Source: Rhizodiscina lignyota
Lineage: Eukaryota
Assembly: GCA_010015805.1 (NCBI GenBank)
Contig: ML978125.1
Location: 496,001-560,000 of the forward strand
Direction of reading: 5' to 3'
DNA length: 64,000 nucleotides
The position numbers were made by a program, and so were the translations under genes. Below are positions 50,884 to 63,191 of this stretch, in pieces (the stretch's first letter is position 1; each line of letters starts with the position of its first letter). The notes below the pieces were generated by a model. That model saw only the letters and a program-made list of their open reading frames with translations. It did no database searches and was not told the origin of the DNA.

Positions 50884-52660
50884 TTATTGGGTGCAAACAT
50901 CCTGCCTCCGCTTCGGCGGAACTGTAGCGATGATGGTGGCATTGGAGTACCGAGCTCCAAGTCCCGGCTCGTTGCCGTACTATTAAATCGTCAGCGAGAG
51001 TTGATTCAGTGCAAGAAGCGAAACTCACTGCCAGGTAGGCATACGCAACTTGTGCGTTGTCTGGCCTCTTGTTGAGCCACAGCACCTTGAGGCGATCTGA
51101 TAGTCCCCAGTGCTCCTCCCAGTCACGACCGTCGTCCATGGTCATGCCTTCAATGCCACGATTTTCACGAACTCGCAGGGGCCAGAGCTCATCGCCGACG
51201 ATGGCGTTCTCTAGGTACCTACACTCAGCAGGAACTAGTGGCTCGCCATTCTCGCCATCGGATTCCCATTCGTCGTACTCATCTTCCTCATCTTCTTCAA
51301 ACTCGTCGTAGAAATGGAAGTTTTCTTTTAACGTCGGGCGAAGCAAAGGTTTGAGGTCGAGGGAGTGCAGCACGTAGAACATGGCCATGTCGATGCCCTT
51401 CAGCGACCACTGGCTCATCGGTACGTTTGAGGTGTGCGCATAGGCATGCGTGCAATAGAAACCGAGCGTGCCTCCTGCGATTATTCATTAGCCCGAACAC
51501 TCGAGACGCTGCAAATTGATAGGGACGTAAGCATCTACCTTTAGTCATGAAGTTCTTGATCTTTACTAGCTTCTCCACTGTCTCGTGCAGAGGAAGCTTG
51601 CAGGGTAAGAGCTTGGGAATAACACTTTCCATTTCGACGAACAAGTTGTAGGTCAGCGTGATGCGGTGTCCGGACGACACCTCCAGTACTTCGTGCTCGC
51701 AGTCGCTGTAGAACGCAGCCCACTGAATGTGGTTGGAAGCTCTCTTCCACCAGTTGTATATGACAGCTTTACCATCGTGGCGGGCGGCCAGTGAACCGCC
51801 TTCGTGCTGAGATGGAAGGCAGACAACAAGGGAACCGAATTGGAGCGAGGAACGAGGCGTGTCAACGTGAGGCCTGAACTTTCCAGAGGGGCCAGAGTAG
51901 ATCTATCAAAGTCGTCAGTAGTTTTATTAGTATTATCCCATATTATCCCATATTATCCCATGCAACAACGTACGTTCAGGTTGTACAACTCTGCACGAAC
52001 TGTCCGTTTGTAGGCCTTCTGACCCTCAACATTCGGCAGCAGCATCCTCTCAATGATGCGGACAATTCCCACGCTGTACGGGTCGAATGTCGTGCAGAAC
52101 TCAGTATTATCCAACTTAATCGCCTTGCGGTATGTCTCGTCATACACGTCCTTGCCGTCGTGGCCGAAGGTAGCGGGACTGCAGCACTTGATAAGTGCGG
52201 CGAGAGAATCGGCTTCGTTTTCGACAGGGAGCGTGACTTTGCGAGAGGCGCCGGTAACTGTTAATAGTCAGCGATGATCCGACAGCGTTGCCCTGTGAGG
52301 ATGTTATTCACCAAGATCGTCCTGAACATCGTAGCGAATAACGATAGGCCCACCGGTCTGCTCTTGAGTGAAAATATCCTCCTTGCCCTTGATGGGCTGC
52401 TCATTACCCTTCTCCTTGTCTTTGGGATGCTCCACTTTTGCCTCTCCTTGAACACCACCCTGCGATGGGCGCGTATCCTCGGTCGGAAGGGTGTCGTCAG
52501 CTGTACCAATCTTAATCTTGCCTCCGCAGGTGAAGACAGCGTGCCCCTTCGCGTTGTCAACGGCTTGCTGGATCCCCTTCAGAGCGTCTTGGAGGGGTGA
52601 GGATGCCACCTGGGTTGGGGGAGGGTTCGACATCTCTGCTCGAGGAGTCGTCGATGCCAT
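50884..52660 (-). CDS. Fungal 2OG-Fe(II) oxygenase-like protein (about 5 exons)
   Basis: Motifs VFTCGG, PATFG...DETYRKA, AELYNLN|IYSGPSGKFRPHVDTPR..QFGSLVVCLP..HEGG, WAAFYSDCEHEV...GHRITLTYNL, LKGID, YGNE. Confidence 0.85.
51931..51960. repeat. (TATTATCCCA)x3 inside an intron of the 2OG oxygenase gene
   Basis: Exact 10-nt unit repeated three times. Confidence 0.9.
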
Positions 52661-53228
52661 GTTAGGATTCCCCAGTTTGTGCTCAATCTTTCCGTGATGC
52701 TTAATGTGACAAACGAGACGGCTGGGATGGAATGTCGCTGGGAGAATGCGAAGGGTTTTAAGCGCGTGAGAGCGCGTTTGCAATGAAATCAAGCCCTAAA
52801 CGTGCGTTGTTAGTGATGCAAATACCCGCACTTCAGCGCCCCAAGGAATGAGATGACCTGCAGGGCGGTTCGCTTTGGCGAGTAAATGAGGTGAGCATAT
52901 TAGGGCTGTAGAAGCAGGTTGGACTTTTCAAGATAGATAGACCTTCTTTGTGTAAGTACGATAGTTTAGCATACGACAAACGAGCATCAATTCAACCGAA
53001 TCTCTTGTGCTGAAGCAGTTCTCTCTCAATGCTAGCTACGCTAGCCGTGGGGTTTCCCTGAGCAGAGCGGCCACCGCGCCTCTCTAGGCTCACAAATGTG
53101 ATCAATGTGAACGGCGGCGTGAGAGTCGTGTATATACCTTGCAAAAAATAATGTATATATAGTACTATATTAATTAAGTGCACATCAGCTTGAACATGTT
53201 GTTGTGGCGGCACAATATGTTGAAGGGC

Positions 53229-53248
53229 AAAAAAACAAAAAAAAGAAA
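53229..53248 (-). terminator. Oligo-T Pol III terminator-like tract
   Basis: TTTCTTTTTTTTGTTTTTTT on the minus strand immediately after the tRNA-like 3' end. Confidence 0.55.
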
Positions 53249-53397
53249 TGGCAACTCCCGGATTCGAACAGAATGGCAAAACTATACGGCGAACCGTTAT
53301 AGAACCCCTTTTACTCCGGAGACGTTTAGGAACCGGTGCCATCGAGATGGGAGGAGTTTTAGCCTTTTGTAGAAATCGTACCGTAGTCCAGACCGCC
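53249..53397 (-). ncRNA. tRNA-like Pol III unit (tRNA pseudogene, tRNA-derived element or novel ncRNA)
   Basis: Minus strand reads GGCGGTC-TGGACTACGGTACGATT (A-box/D-arm-like) ... GTTCGAATCCGGGAGTTGCCA (B-box/T-loop plus acceptor-like end), followed by a long T-run. No canonical anticodon arm. Confidence 0.5.
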
Positions 53398-54928
53398 CCT
53401 AGGATGTAACTTGTGCTTACTATAATTCAGCGCTACCACGCTAACCAAATGAGACATTTAGTTATCGTGCAGGGGTAGGTTGGAGACTGCGTTCCGAAAT
53501 CTGATGGGTTAGAAAAAGTAAGTTGTATATATGTGTACAAAATTTAAGCCCCACCTCCCAAATAACTCTGTCAATCCTGCACGCAGCACGCTGTAAAGCA
53601 CAGACAAGCCTCAGAAGCCTCTCTAAGTGTCTCTGAAGCTTACTGCGGCATTAAAATATTATATTTTGCTGTTGTCGTCGCGGTCACCCAAGGAGGGGGC
53701 CTGGGGCGGGCTGCGCAGCAATATTAAAACTTCTGCAGCGAACCCTCCTCTTAAACTCAACACCACCTTCCGGCCAGGTAAACACTAACAGATACACAGG
53801 GAAGCAAAGCAGACTGCTAAGTTGAACAGATTTAAGAGTTTCCAAGACGGTTACAGCGAAAGTGGGCATATGCGCCTGGTGACGCGCCCTGGGAGAACGA
53901 AATGCGGCAAATATTGTGACAAGCACTCGCTGGACTAAGAGTTTGAGCGAAGCGAGACGTTGCAAGCTTGAATGCCGAAAAGAGCAAAGAATTATAAAGG
54001 TTAAGAAAGGCATATACGACTGGTGGCGGCTGCAGTATTGTGTTGATAAGGGACATATGCGCCGCTGGTGACAGCGATGCCACCATTTGGAGCCGACTCA
54101 TCCCCCAGCACCACATGCATCTGGTGCTGATGTGTTCGTTATCTGATGAGGTGGTAGGGCCTTGATTCCTTTGTAACACGAGGCGCGCAGTGCGAAGTTC
54201 GGTGCGGCCTGAAGCTCGAGATCGCAGACGGTGGTCTTGAGGGCTCGATCGCGTCGAGGGGTGTGCTCGGATGGTACTTCGATGCCTCTTAAGAGCCATC
54301 ATCTGCTTTGATCTCGTTGAGATGGACGACCTTGAAACGCGCGAGGCTGATTGGGGCCATCATGAGCCCCGAATCCGTCGGCGTCTGGCTACTGTCAGCT
54401 CAACCACGAACTGCATGACCACAATAGGTGTCCATACGAACCGCTCGAGGCATCCAGTCAATCTGGGCAGCTTTCTCTGATGGAAAAGGGCCTGGAAATG
54501 ATCCAGATCGAATCATGGCGGACGTCAAAAGATGAGACGACGTCGGACGGAATCAGCTGCATGGCCCCCTTGCCGAACGCCAAGTGTGGGGATCACTCAT
54601 CGCAAGCCTTCTCCACCATCGACTTCGCCCAAGCCGCGTATCATCTGCGTAATACGTCATTGCATCGCGATTCGAAGTAATTTTTGACCATCTCAGCTCC
54701 ATGCGCAATGATGTGCTTACCGTATGACCCCTCAGTTACCTTGTCCATAAGTATAAACGTTCCGCATTCCCCGCCGTTGGAATTTTCGGCTCCAGCAACG
54801 GTAGGCTCGCTGTAGCTAGAGTATCTCCTTCTTCTGGCGTTTATACAGTCTGGTCTGTCCATCTCTATATTTTGTCAACTTCGTGTTGGTTGTAGTGACA
54901 GCCTACGCTTTCTCTTTACAACGCAGAA

Positions 54929-56354
54929 ATGGAAGCTCCGTCAGCCACCAAAGAGACAAACGGCCCTACCAATGGCCAAGCACACCCTCCTCCAGATATG
55001 TATCTGCAGCCCACACAGCGTGCAACCGGGAATTTCACCGAGGAACTGGAAGGCCAGAAGACGTCAGAAAACATATCCGGCATACGTTCCGCTTTAGGAC
55101 TCCATTCAAACGCTCCGATCGCTGAAGAGCATGACTTAGCGGAACACCAAGATCTAATGTGGAGTCGAGTCAAGCTCGCCCTCAGAGAGCCACTGGCAGA
55201 GTTCTTTGGAGTATTCATACTCGTGCTATTTGGAGACGGCAGTGTGGCACAGGTCCTACTAAGCAACAAGGCTGGGACTTCGACCCAGACTACAGCGCCA
55301 GGCGGTAGTGGGTTTGGGGCATATCAAAGCATATCTTGGGGGTATGTAATGTCACTGTGTCCGTTTCATGGTTCTCACTGATAGTCCTTATAGATGGGGC
55401 CTTGGGGTCATGCTGGGTATCTACGTCGCTGGGGATAGCGGTGCATACGTAAGGAATTCGACTGAGTATAGATTAGAGTGATATGCTTATAGGCACGCTT
55501 CAGCTAAACCCTGCAATCACCTTTGCAAATTGTTACTACCGACAACTACCTTGGAGGAGATTCCCAATGTACTTTCTGGCTCAATTCTTGGGGGGATTTG
55601 TCGCTGCTGGTAAGCTGTTCCGTTCTACAACATGAAATAGAACTATACTGATTTGCTCCATTAAAGGCGTCATATATGCAAACTATGTAAATGCCATAAA
55701 CGCCTACGAGGGTGGCCCAGGCCTGAGGACAGTGCCGCCAGCACCAAATGCCACAGCTGGCGTCTTCTGCACGTATCCGCAGCCATTCCTCACGAAAACG
55801 AGCCAATTCTTTTCGGAGTTTATTGCTTCTACCATTCTCATGTTTGTTATTTTCGCACTAAAGGATGAGTCGAACAACGGCGCAAGCAAGGTGACACCAT
55901 GCTGAGACCTTGGAAGCGTATGCTAATTCTTACAGGGTGGCGGTAACTGGTTTCCACTTGGTCTCTTTTTCCTGATTTTTGGCCTCGGTGCTTGCTTCGG
56001 CTGGGAAACTGGCTATGCGATTAATTTTGCTCGAGACTTTGGCCCACGCCTTATGTCTTTTGCATTGGGTTACGGCCATGAAGTCTGGTCTGCTGGTGGC
56101 TACTACTTTTGGGTAAGATTCGTTGCTCCTATCTATTCTAGGGATGTACTGATCCTAACAAACAGATCCCAATGGTGGCGCCTTTCTGCGGGTGTTGGTT
56201 TGGGGGGTTGTTGTACGATGGCTTCATTTATACAGGGGAGTCACCAGTCAATACGCCCTGGCTGGGGCTAAAGTACCTGATACGCCCCGATCTTGCGGTG
56301 AAGGCAAGAATAGAACGAAGGAGACGATTGGAGGCGCAAGGGACGCCGGTTTGA
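54929..56354 (+). CDS. Aquaglyceroporin (MIP family, GlpF/Fps1-like; about 6 exons)
   Basis: Motifs AEFFGVFILVLFGDGSVAQV, SGAY|LNPAIT, TAGVFCTYP, GWETGYAINFARDFGPRL, YYFW|IPMVAPF, ESPVNTP. Confidence 0.93.
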
Positions 56355-56412
56355 TCTTTCCTGTAAATGTCCAATTCACACTTCTATACGCTACGGCTGC
56401 GACAGGTTCGAA

Positions 56413-57724
56413 TCATGTATTATTACTCTCTATCGCAACAAGCTGAGCTACTTCTTGATCAATCATCCATTTCCTGACACTGTCCATAACCTGCTCCAGA
56501 CTCGATCCGCCCTCAATTGCATCTTCCAGGCTGTGAATCGAAAATCCGCTCCTATGGTCTGTGACTCTCTGTTGCTGGAAATTGTACGTCCTGATCTTAT
56601 CACCTCGCCCAACCTTTGCAACGCCTACAACGCTCCTCTTCATATCTCTCATTTCGTCTTCTCTTGCCTCCCGTCGTATCTGGGCTATTCTTGATCGCAG
56701 CAACCGCCAAGCCTTGTCTCTGTTCGCGATTTGAGATCTTGAATCTTGAATGGAAACGGTCGTGTTGGTTGGAATATGCGTCAAGCGGACAGCAGACTCC
56801 GTCTTGTTCACATGTTGTCCACCTGCGCCTCTGGCACGCATCACTTCTTGCCGGACCTCCTTTAGATCGATGAAGAAATCGCTCTTCGGGTCGTTGAAAT
56901 CCTCACCGCTAGCATGGTCATCCGGAAATGAGGGCAATACGAGGACGGAAGCGGCACTCGTGTGAACTCGCCCCTTCGCTTCTGTAGCAGGCACTCTCTG
57001 TACGCGATGCACACCAGCTTCACAGCGAAGCTTCCCATACGCTCCTGTGCCATTTACTTCCATTATCGCTTCCGTCAACTGGCGATCTGAGCCATTGGGG
57101 TCTCCTACTCCGTCGGCGTCCTCGTACTTTAGCAGAGAATAGGGCAGGCCACTGTTCACGCAATAACTCTGATACATGTGCAAGAGGTCACCAGCGAATA
57201 AAGCAGCCTCTGAGCCGCCGGCGCCAGGACGAATTTCGATGAGGCAGGGTAGGTCTTCGAATGGATGACGAGGGACGAGGCTGTTAGTCAAAGCCTGTGT
57301 CGTCGTTTCCAGCGCAGAGTTTGTGTCGCTCACATCGTCGGAGGCCAGGCTTCGGAGCTCGTTATCGGTGGTGGGATCGCGAATGAGATTGTCCAGCTCG
57401 CGCAAGGCCTGGAGGTATTAGCTGAATATAGATGATTTCATATTTGCTTGAGTAATTTACATCTTTCAGCCGTTCGAGTTCTTTGAGGAGGTCCGCTGTC
57501 CTCGACAGCTCACCTGCTCGCTTTGCCGTCTGTACATCATAGTCCTTCTCTAGCTGCTTCTTGAGAGTCGCGTGCTCGGATGCAATTGCGCGAGCTCGAG
57601 TGAGGAGATTCTCGGAGAGATGCGAGAGCCGAGTTGTGGTGCGGAAGGAGCGCTGCCAGCGTCTGCTGGGGCGCTCAATTGCCCTGAACAAGCATCTGGA
57701 GCATATCCAGGCGCTTCTGAGCAT
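56413..57724 (-). CDS. MRF1: Mitochondrial peptide chain release factor 1 (2 exons)
   Basis: Arg-rich presequence (MLRSAWICSRCL...); motifs EIRPGAGGSEA, EAGVHRVQRVPATE (PxT), GAGGQHVNKTESAVR (GGQ), KIRTYNF..RVTDHR. Confidence 0.94.
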
Positions 57725-57805
57725 GTCCTAGCGGATTAAAGGTGTAAATAGGCCAGCGCAAGGGATCTTGTGGAAGCGTTCGACGCGCATGGAAATTTCG
57801 GCCAC

Positions 57806-57819
57806 CACGTGAGCACGTG
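57806..57819. promoter_or_regulatory. Two closely spaced CACGTG E-boxes in the MRF1/GGT divergent promoter
   Basis: CACGTG at 57806 and 57814; function inferred only. Confidence 0.3.
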
Positions 57820-58348
57820 CCCAGGGATTTTAGGTCCACATCTTCCCGAGTCGCGGGGATTTACCTAATAGAGTCCATATCTCTAATACTCATTTTCCAA
57901 TCAAGGATGACGAGAGAGAGACATGGGAACATGTTCGGTAGGCAACTGCCGATGCTGGACGCGACGTGCGGACTTCTTCGCTCCATCAAGCATACTGGCA
58001 AAGGCGGCTATCGATGGACGCACAGCATTCCGCTGGCAGTGATGCAGAGAAGACGTTTCCGATCCCGGCTCCGAAGTATGGAAATAAATCCATTTCACTT
58101 TGACTGTTTTGCTTCTTTCACGCTTTCTTGTTCAGACACGGCTTAATCATCTGAGAACATCTCTCAGCTTGAGCAATTGACTCCATCCGGCAGCGTAGAA
58201 GCATCTCCACCTTCCTTATTCGAACAGCACGCGTATATCTCTAGCACCGATTACGGCACTGAGCGCGGTGGTACGATTTCGTGGAACCCAGAGGCTTCTT
58301 CAAATCTACAACCACACTATCCGCTCACGCCAATTTCAATCCTTCATA

Positions 58349-60265
58349 ATGAACGGTGCCACTACGGACAACGCGGCTCTCAACGCCAGCAATATTTATC
58401 CTGCTTCAGATCCCAAATTTATTTACTTCCCGAGCCGTCGAAGCACTGTGCACAGTACGAAGGGCATAGTCTCTTCTACACAGCCCTTGGCAAGCCAATG
58501 CGGAATCGACGTATTGAGGAGAGGAGGAAATGCCGCGGTAAGAAAATGAAATGCTTTCAATCCATGGCATCGACATCCTGACGTAAAGCACACAGGATGC
58601 TGCTGTTGCGGTGGCGGCTGGCCTTAACATGACCGAGCCAGGCTCGACAGGTATTGGCGGAGATATGTTTTGTTTGTTCTACGAAGCGAAAACGAACAAG
58701 GTGCATGCGCTCAATGGTTCTGGACGATCTGGTGCCAACGTAACGCTAGACCAAGTTCGCAAAGACTTGAAGATTCCCGAGGGCACAGTCGGCGCCATAC
58801 CGATGACGAGTGTTCATGCTGTGAGTGTTCCAGGTGCGGCAGCAGGATGGGTCGACACGGTTGAGAAGTTTGGAAGCGGCAAGTTGACCATGGAGGAAGT
58901 ATTGGCTCCGGCCATCGAGCTTGGAGAGAAGGGATTCCCGGTTTCCGAACTCTCAGCAACGTTCTGGGCGAATAGCGAGAAATCGATCAGGAAGGCCTCC
59001 CCGAATTTTTCAGAGATGCTAAAGAAAGATGCAAAAGCCAAGGACGGCTGTAGAGCTCCGCAACCGGGAGAGATTATGAAGAATCCGACTTTGGCGAATA
59101 CATTCCGACAAGTAGCTAAACATGGGAAGAAGGGATTTTACGAAGGCCGTGTTGCTGAAGCTCTCGTCAAGGTTGTTCAAGACTTGGGCGGGCATTTAAC
59201 ACTGGAAGACTTAAAATACCACGCAGAGGTTGGTACTCAAGAAACGGAGGCTATCTCACTACTCTTTAATGCATTTGGGGTTGAGAAGCAAGGCGGCGTC
59301 GAAGTCTGGGAACATCCACCAAACGGGCAAGGTATTGTTGCGTTGATGGCCTTGGGCATGCTCGAAATACTGGAGAAGGAAGGCAAGATTAAGAACTTGA
59401 AGCCAAAGGATCACAACTCGGCCGAGTATGCCAATTCGCCTTTTTAACATGGCATGGCGCTGACCCTCATAGTCATATTCACGCTGTCGTTGAAACCCTC
59501 CGAATCGCATTTGCAGATGCGAATTGGTGGGTGACAGATCCAGACGTCGAAAAGGTGCCTACGAAGGAGCTCATCTCACAGAAATACCTCGCGGAGAGAG
59601 CAAAACTTTTCCATCCCGAGCATGCATCAGACCTGCTTGACCATGGTTCTCCAGCTCACAACCACTCTGATACAGTCTATTTCGCAGTAACTGACTCTGA
59701 AGGCAACGGCATGTCCTTCATCATCAGCAATTACGGAGGTTTCGGTACCTGTATCATCCCCAAGGACTGCGGATTCACGCTACAGAATCGTGCAGCGAAT
59801 TTCTCGCTCAAAGAAGGCCACCCGAATGTCTTTGCTCCGAAGAAGCGCCCGTATCACACAATCATTCCCGCAATGATCACAAACCCAAAAGACAACTCGC
59901 TACATTCCGTATACGGTGTCATGGGAGGCTTCATGCAGCCGCAAGGCCACGTCCAGGTGCTTCTGAACATGCTGGTGTTCGGCCTCACCCCGCAAGCCGC
60001 TCTAGATGCGCCGAGAGTATGCATTGGAGCTGGTATGCCAGATCAGGGCAAAGTGCTTGACCGAACTGTATATCTGGAAGAGGGCATTAAGGACGAGGTT
60101 GCACAGGAGCTGGCGAAGCGTGGACATAATGTAAAGCTGATGAGCGGTTACGGCAGGGGCCTGTTTGGGAGAGGTCAGCTCATTCGAAAGCACGAGGAGG
60201 ATGGCCAGATCGTGTATTCTGCAGGAAGCGATCCTCGTGGAGACGGTGCAGCTTATCCTCTATAA
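58349..60265 (+). CDS. Gamma-glutamyltransferase (YwrD-like Ntn hydrolase; 3 exons)
   Basis: Motifs SRRS..HSTKGIV, GGNAA|DAAVAVAA, EPGSTGIGGDMF, VPGAAAGW, PPNGQG, HSD-TVYF (N-terminal nucleophile Thr), KRPYHTIIPAM, GVMGGFMQPQGH, SDPRGDG. Confidence 0.92.
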
Positions 60266-60492
60266 GGAAACTTGATGACCGGTTTGGAAGGTGAGAGCGA
60301 AGTCTCATTTGACCTCATGTTTGTGCTGATGAAGGGTGCGACTGCTTAGAGGGCCGCAAATTTACCCATACTTTTAGGATTCCCATTCATCCGAATAATC
60401 AGACCGTTTTTACCGTTTAGTGTCTAACTTTCCACTCTCCTCCACCCAAATTCCTGCAGAATGAAAGCATCACCTAAGCTATCACTCATTTA

Positions 60493-62408
60493 TCACGTCC
60501 AGAATCCGATAGGCCCTTGATACCTGAAGCTCACAGGTATACCTTGCTTCCTCAAAGTTTCTTTCTCCTCCTCACTATACGTTTCCGCCGTGGGGAACTG
60601 ATTCGGCTCCAATGGTCCTTCGCTCTCTTTGATAAAACCTAACTCGCATTTCAAAAAGCTGACTTTAGGTTGCCGTTCGTAGAACACGTCGAATCGTGGC
60701 CCCAGCGCATCGACGAGGCTGTGAACATCTCCATCTGGATGAAGCTCCTTCCACGGATGAATGCAAGTCTCGCCCTTGCAAGACTTGAGAACGAGGACCA
60801 AAGCATCGAGCCGAGGCACGATCTCCCTGAAGGGGCGACCGGCGATGGTGAATGTGGCGGCTATGTGCTCATACTCCGGCGAAAGGAGATTATGCAGTTG
60901 ACCAGGGTCGCTCTATATTAAGTCAGTAATCGTGCCTATCCGCTGATTTCAGTAATGTGCTAACCTTGACATCGTACAGCTCCGTCTCGTTTGTGCACCA
61001 GACCGAGTAATACAGGGAGTAGTCCTCCGATACGACGCGAAGCCCTTTATATGTGTTGTTGCCAACAGTGTGCCTGAGGGAACCAAAGCCGTCACTCCTG
61101 TTGAAGTCTCCGTAGTCGCCCCACTTGCCTTCCGGAATTCCCAGGCCCCAAAACTCGATCGTAACGTGGTCATGACGAGCTGTTTGCTCCTCCTCTTCGC
61201 TCAATGGAATGGAAGTACCATCGGAATCATCTCGAGGAGCACCGGCGAGTGTCAAGATGGTAGAAGCGAGATCGGTATGTGCACTAACCGCTGTCGAAAC
61301 TCGCCCAGCCGGAACTCCAGGTCCGCGTACAATAAGTGGAATATTGATGTCAGTATCAAATCCACACTCCTTACCCGGGTGAAGTCGATATTGGCTGATA
61401 TGGTATCCGTTATCTGTCGTATAAAAGATGTACGTATTATCAAGTTGGCCCGCCTTTTCGACTTTCTGTATCAACTGCTCCACGCTCTCATCCACGGCCT
61501 GCAGGGCTCGTAGTCTCGACCGCTGGAACTCGTCATTATAGTCGAGCACAGTCTGGTTTAAACGCGGCAGCTTCTTAATCCAGCTCACGCCACCTTGCTT
61601 CTCGGGATTGAAGTTCTCCGTTCGCGGAATCTTGTAGTCCTTGAAAAGATGAGCATGTCTGGCCGCATACTTCGGCGCATCTGATTCCTGGTAGCCATCG
61701 TTGCCGAATCCAAAATTGGAGTGTGGCGCAACTGGAGCGTGAACGACAAACCATGGCCGCTCTGGATGCAGTAGAGCTTCGTCTAGGAAAGTGGCTGCTT
61801 TCGTTGCGGTCACATCAGGAGAGTACTGCCCCTTATAGCTCGCTGGAGGTGCTCCATTTCGTGTCATGTGTGCATTCAAATAGTCGTACGTATACGGATC
61901 TAACAGAAAATCCGATTCATTAAAGCCTGCAACGTACGGCGCATTATAGTTGTCGACATTATGTGCGTTCCAGAGCTTGCCGGTGTAGTACGTATGGTAG
62001 CCAGCGTTTTGGAGCCAGATAGGAAGATAATTGTTGTTAATTCCTTGCGACACGACCTTGGGGTAGCCGCCGTAAGGAGGGAAGACGTCTGTTACGTTCG
62101 TATTGTGAGCAGCCTTTCCAGTCCAAAGATTGGCCCGTGAAGGGCAGCAGATGGCGACGGTGCAGAAATGCTTGAGGAAAAGAGTGCCCTCTTTGACGAG
62201 ATGTTTCTGCAGGAGGGGCATGTACTCCAAAGAGTGCATATGCCTAGAACAATTAGTCTCAGTTCTTCGGAATCTAAATGCGGATGCTTAATTGGACTCA
62301 CAGGTCTTGATCATCGGTTAGGATGAACAAGATATTGGGCTGCTTCGCAGCAATTGCTTGCTGGCCAGCGGCCCAGAGAAGAGCGAAGAGAACTGAGAGC
62401 AACTTCAT
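60493..62408 (-). CDS. Secreted arylsulfatase (3 exons)
   Basis: Signal peptide then QPNILFILTDDQD; formylglycine motif CCPSRA, GKLWN, APH, DNGYH, NNTYK, RLDALVLVLKSC. Confidence 0.92.
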
Positions 62409-63191
62409 GACATCCGCTCTTCTCGGTTCTTAGAGAAATTGGTTAGTTGAGGAAGGAAATTCATATGTTCAGTAAGTATTTCACGTTTTGCGCTACTCCA
62501 CAAATATAACCATAAAATCCGCTCGTCCCTCCAACTCTTCCAACCAGGCCGACAACGCCGTGAATCGCACCATGTCATCACAATTCTCCGCAAGTGGACG
62601 GCACAAGGAATCAATTGTCCACTGGGGGTGTGAAGGCGCAAATGACGGCCTCTAACGGCGCGAGACGCGCTCAGATCAGCAGAAGACGCGGACCTCCCGA
62701 CATCGCGAGACGCGTCTTGTTCCTGAGAATACGCAATCTGCACCATGGAACCACGGCACAGGAACCAGTCATAGCCTTCAAAGTTTCACATGCCGTGGAA
62801 TCTAGAGCACGGAAACTTACCGGCTCAGTACAGGACTCGAAAATTTCAGCGTCGCTGCGCGCCAGGCCCCAGAGGTGCAGATGTTCGACAGCTATCCCCA
62901 GAATCACGTCAATTCTGGCGAATCACGCCAGCGGCGCCCAGATCAATTCCAAAGGCGAACTCACGATGTGGAGACCGGTCAATATCAATGATATATGAGC
63001 TATGCAAACTATCTGATAGGGAAAATAGGCGGCAGTCTCGGCATGTTCCCAACAAACCAGCCAACTCCGAAGCACCTACCGCAACGAGACATGTCAACTT
63101 TGCTGAGGAGTCATTCCGGCGAGATGTCATATCAAAGTTCATTTGACGCTCTCCGTCTTCGCTTGAAAGCCTGGCGGGCACCCACACACAT

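Noticed and set aside
53305..53316. CCTTTTAC resembling U5 snRNA loop I on the plus strand
   Set aside because: It lacks the GCCUUUUAC context and flanking stem; the Pol III signals point to the minus strand.
14053..56354. Arsenic-resistance cluster (Acr2-like reductase plus aquaglyceroporin)
   Set aside because: The genes are 40 kb apart and separated by housekeeping genes; no Acr3 or arsenite methyltransferase was seen.
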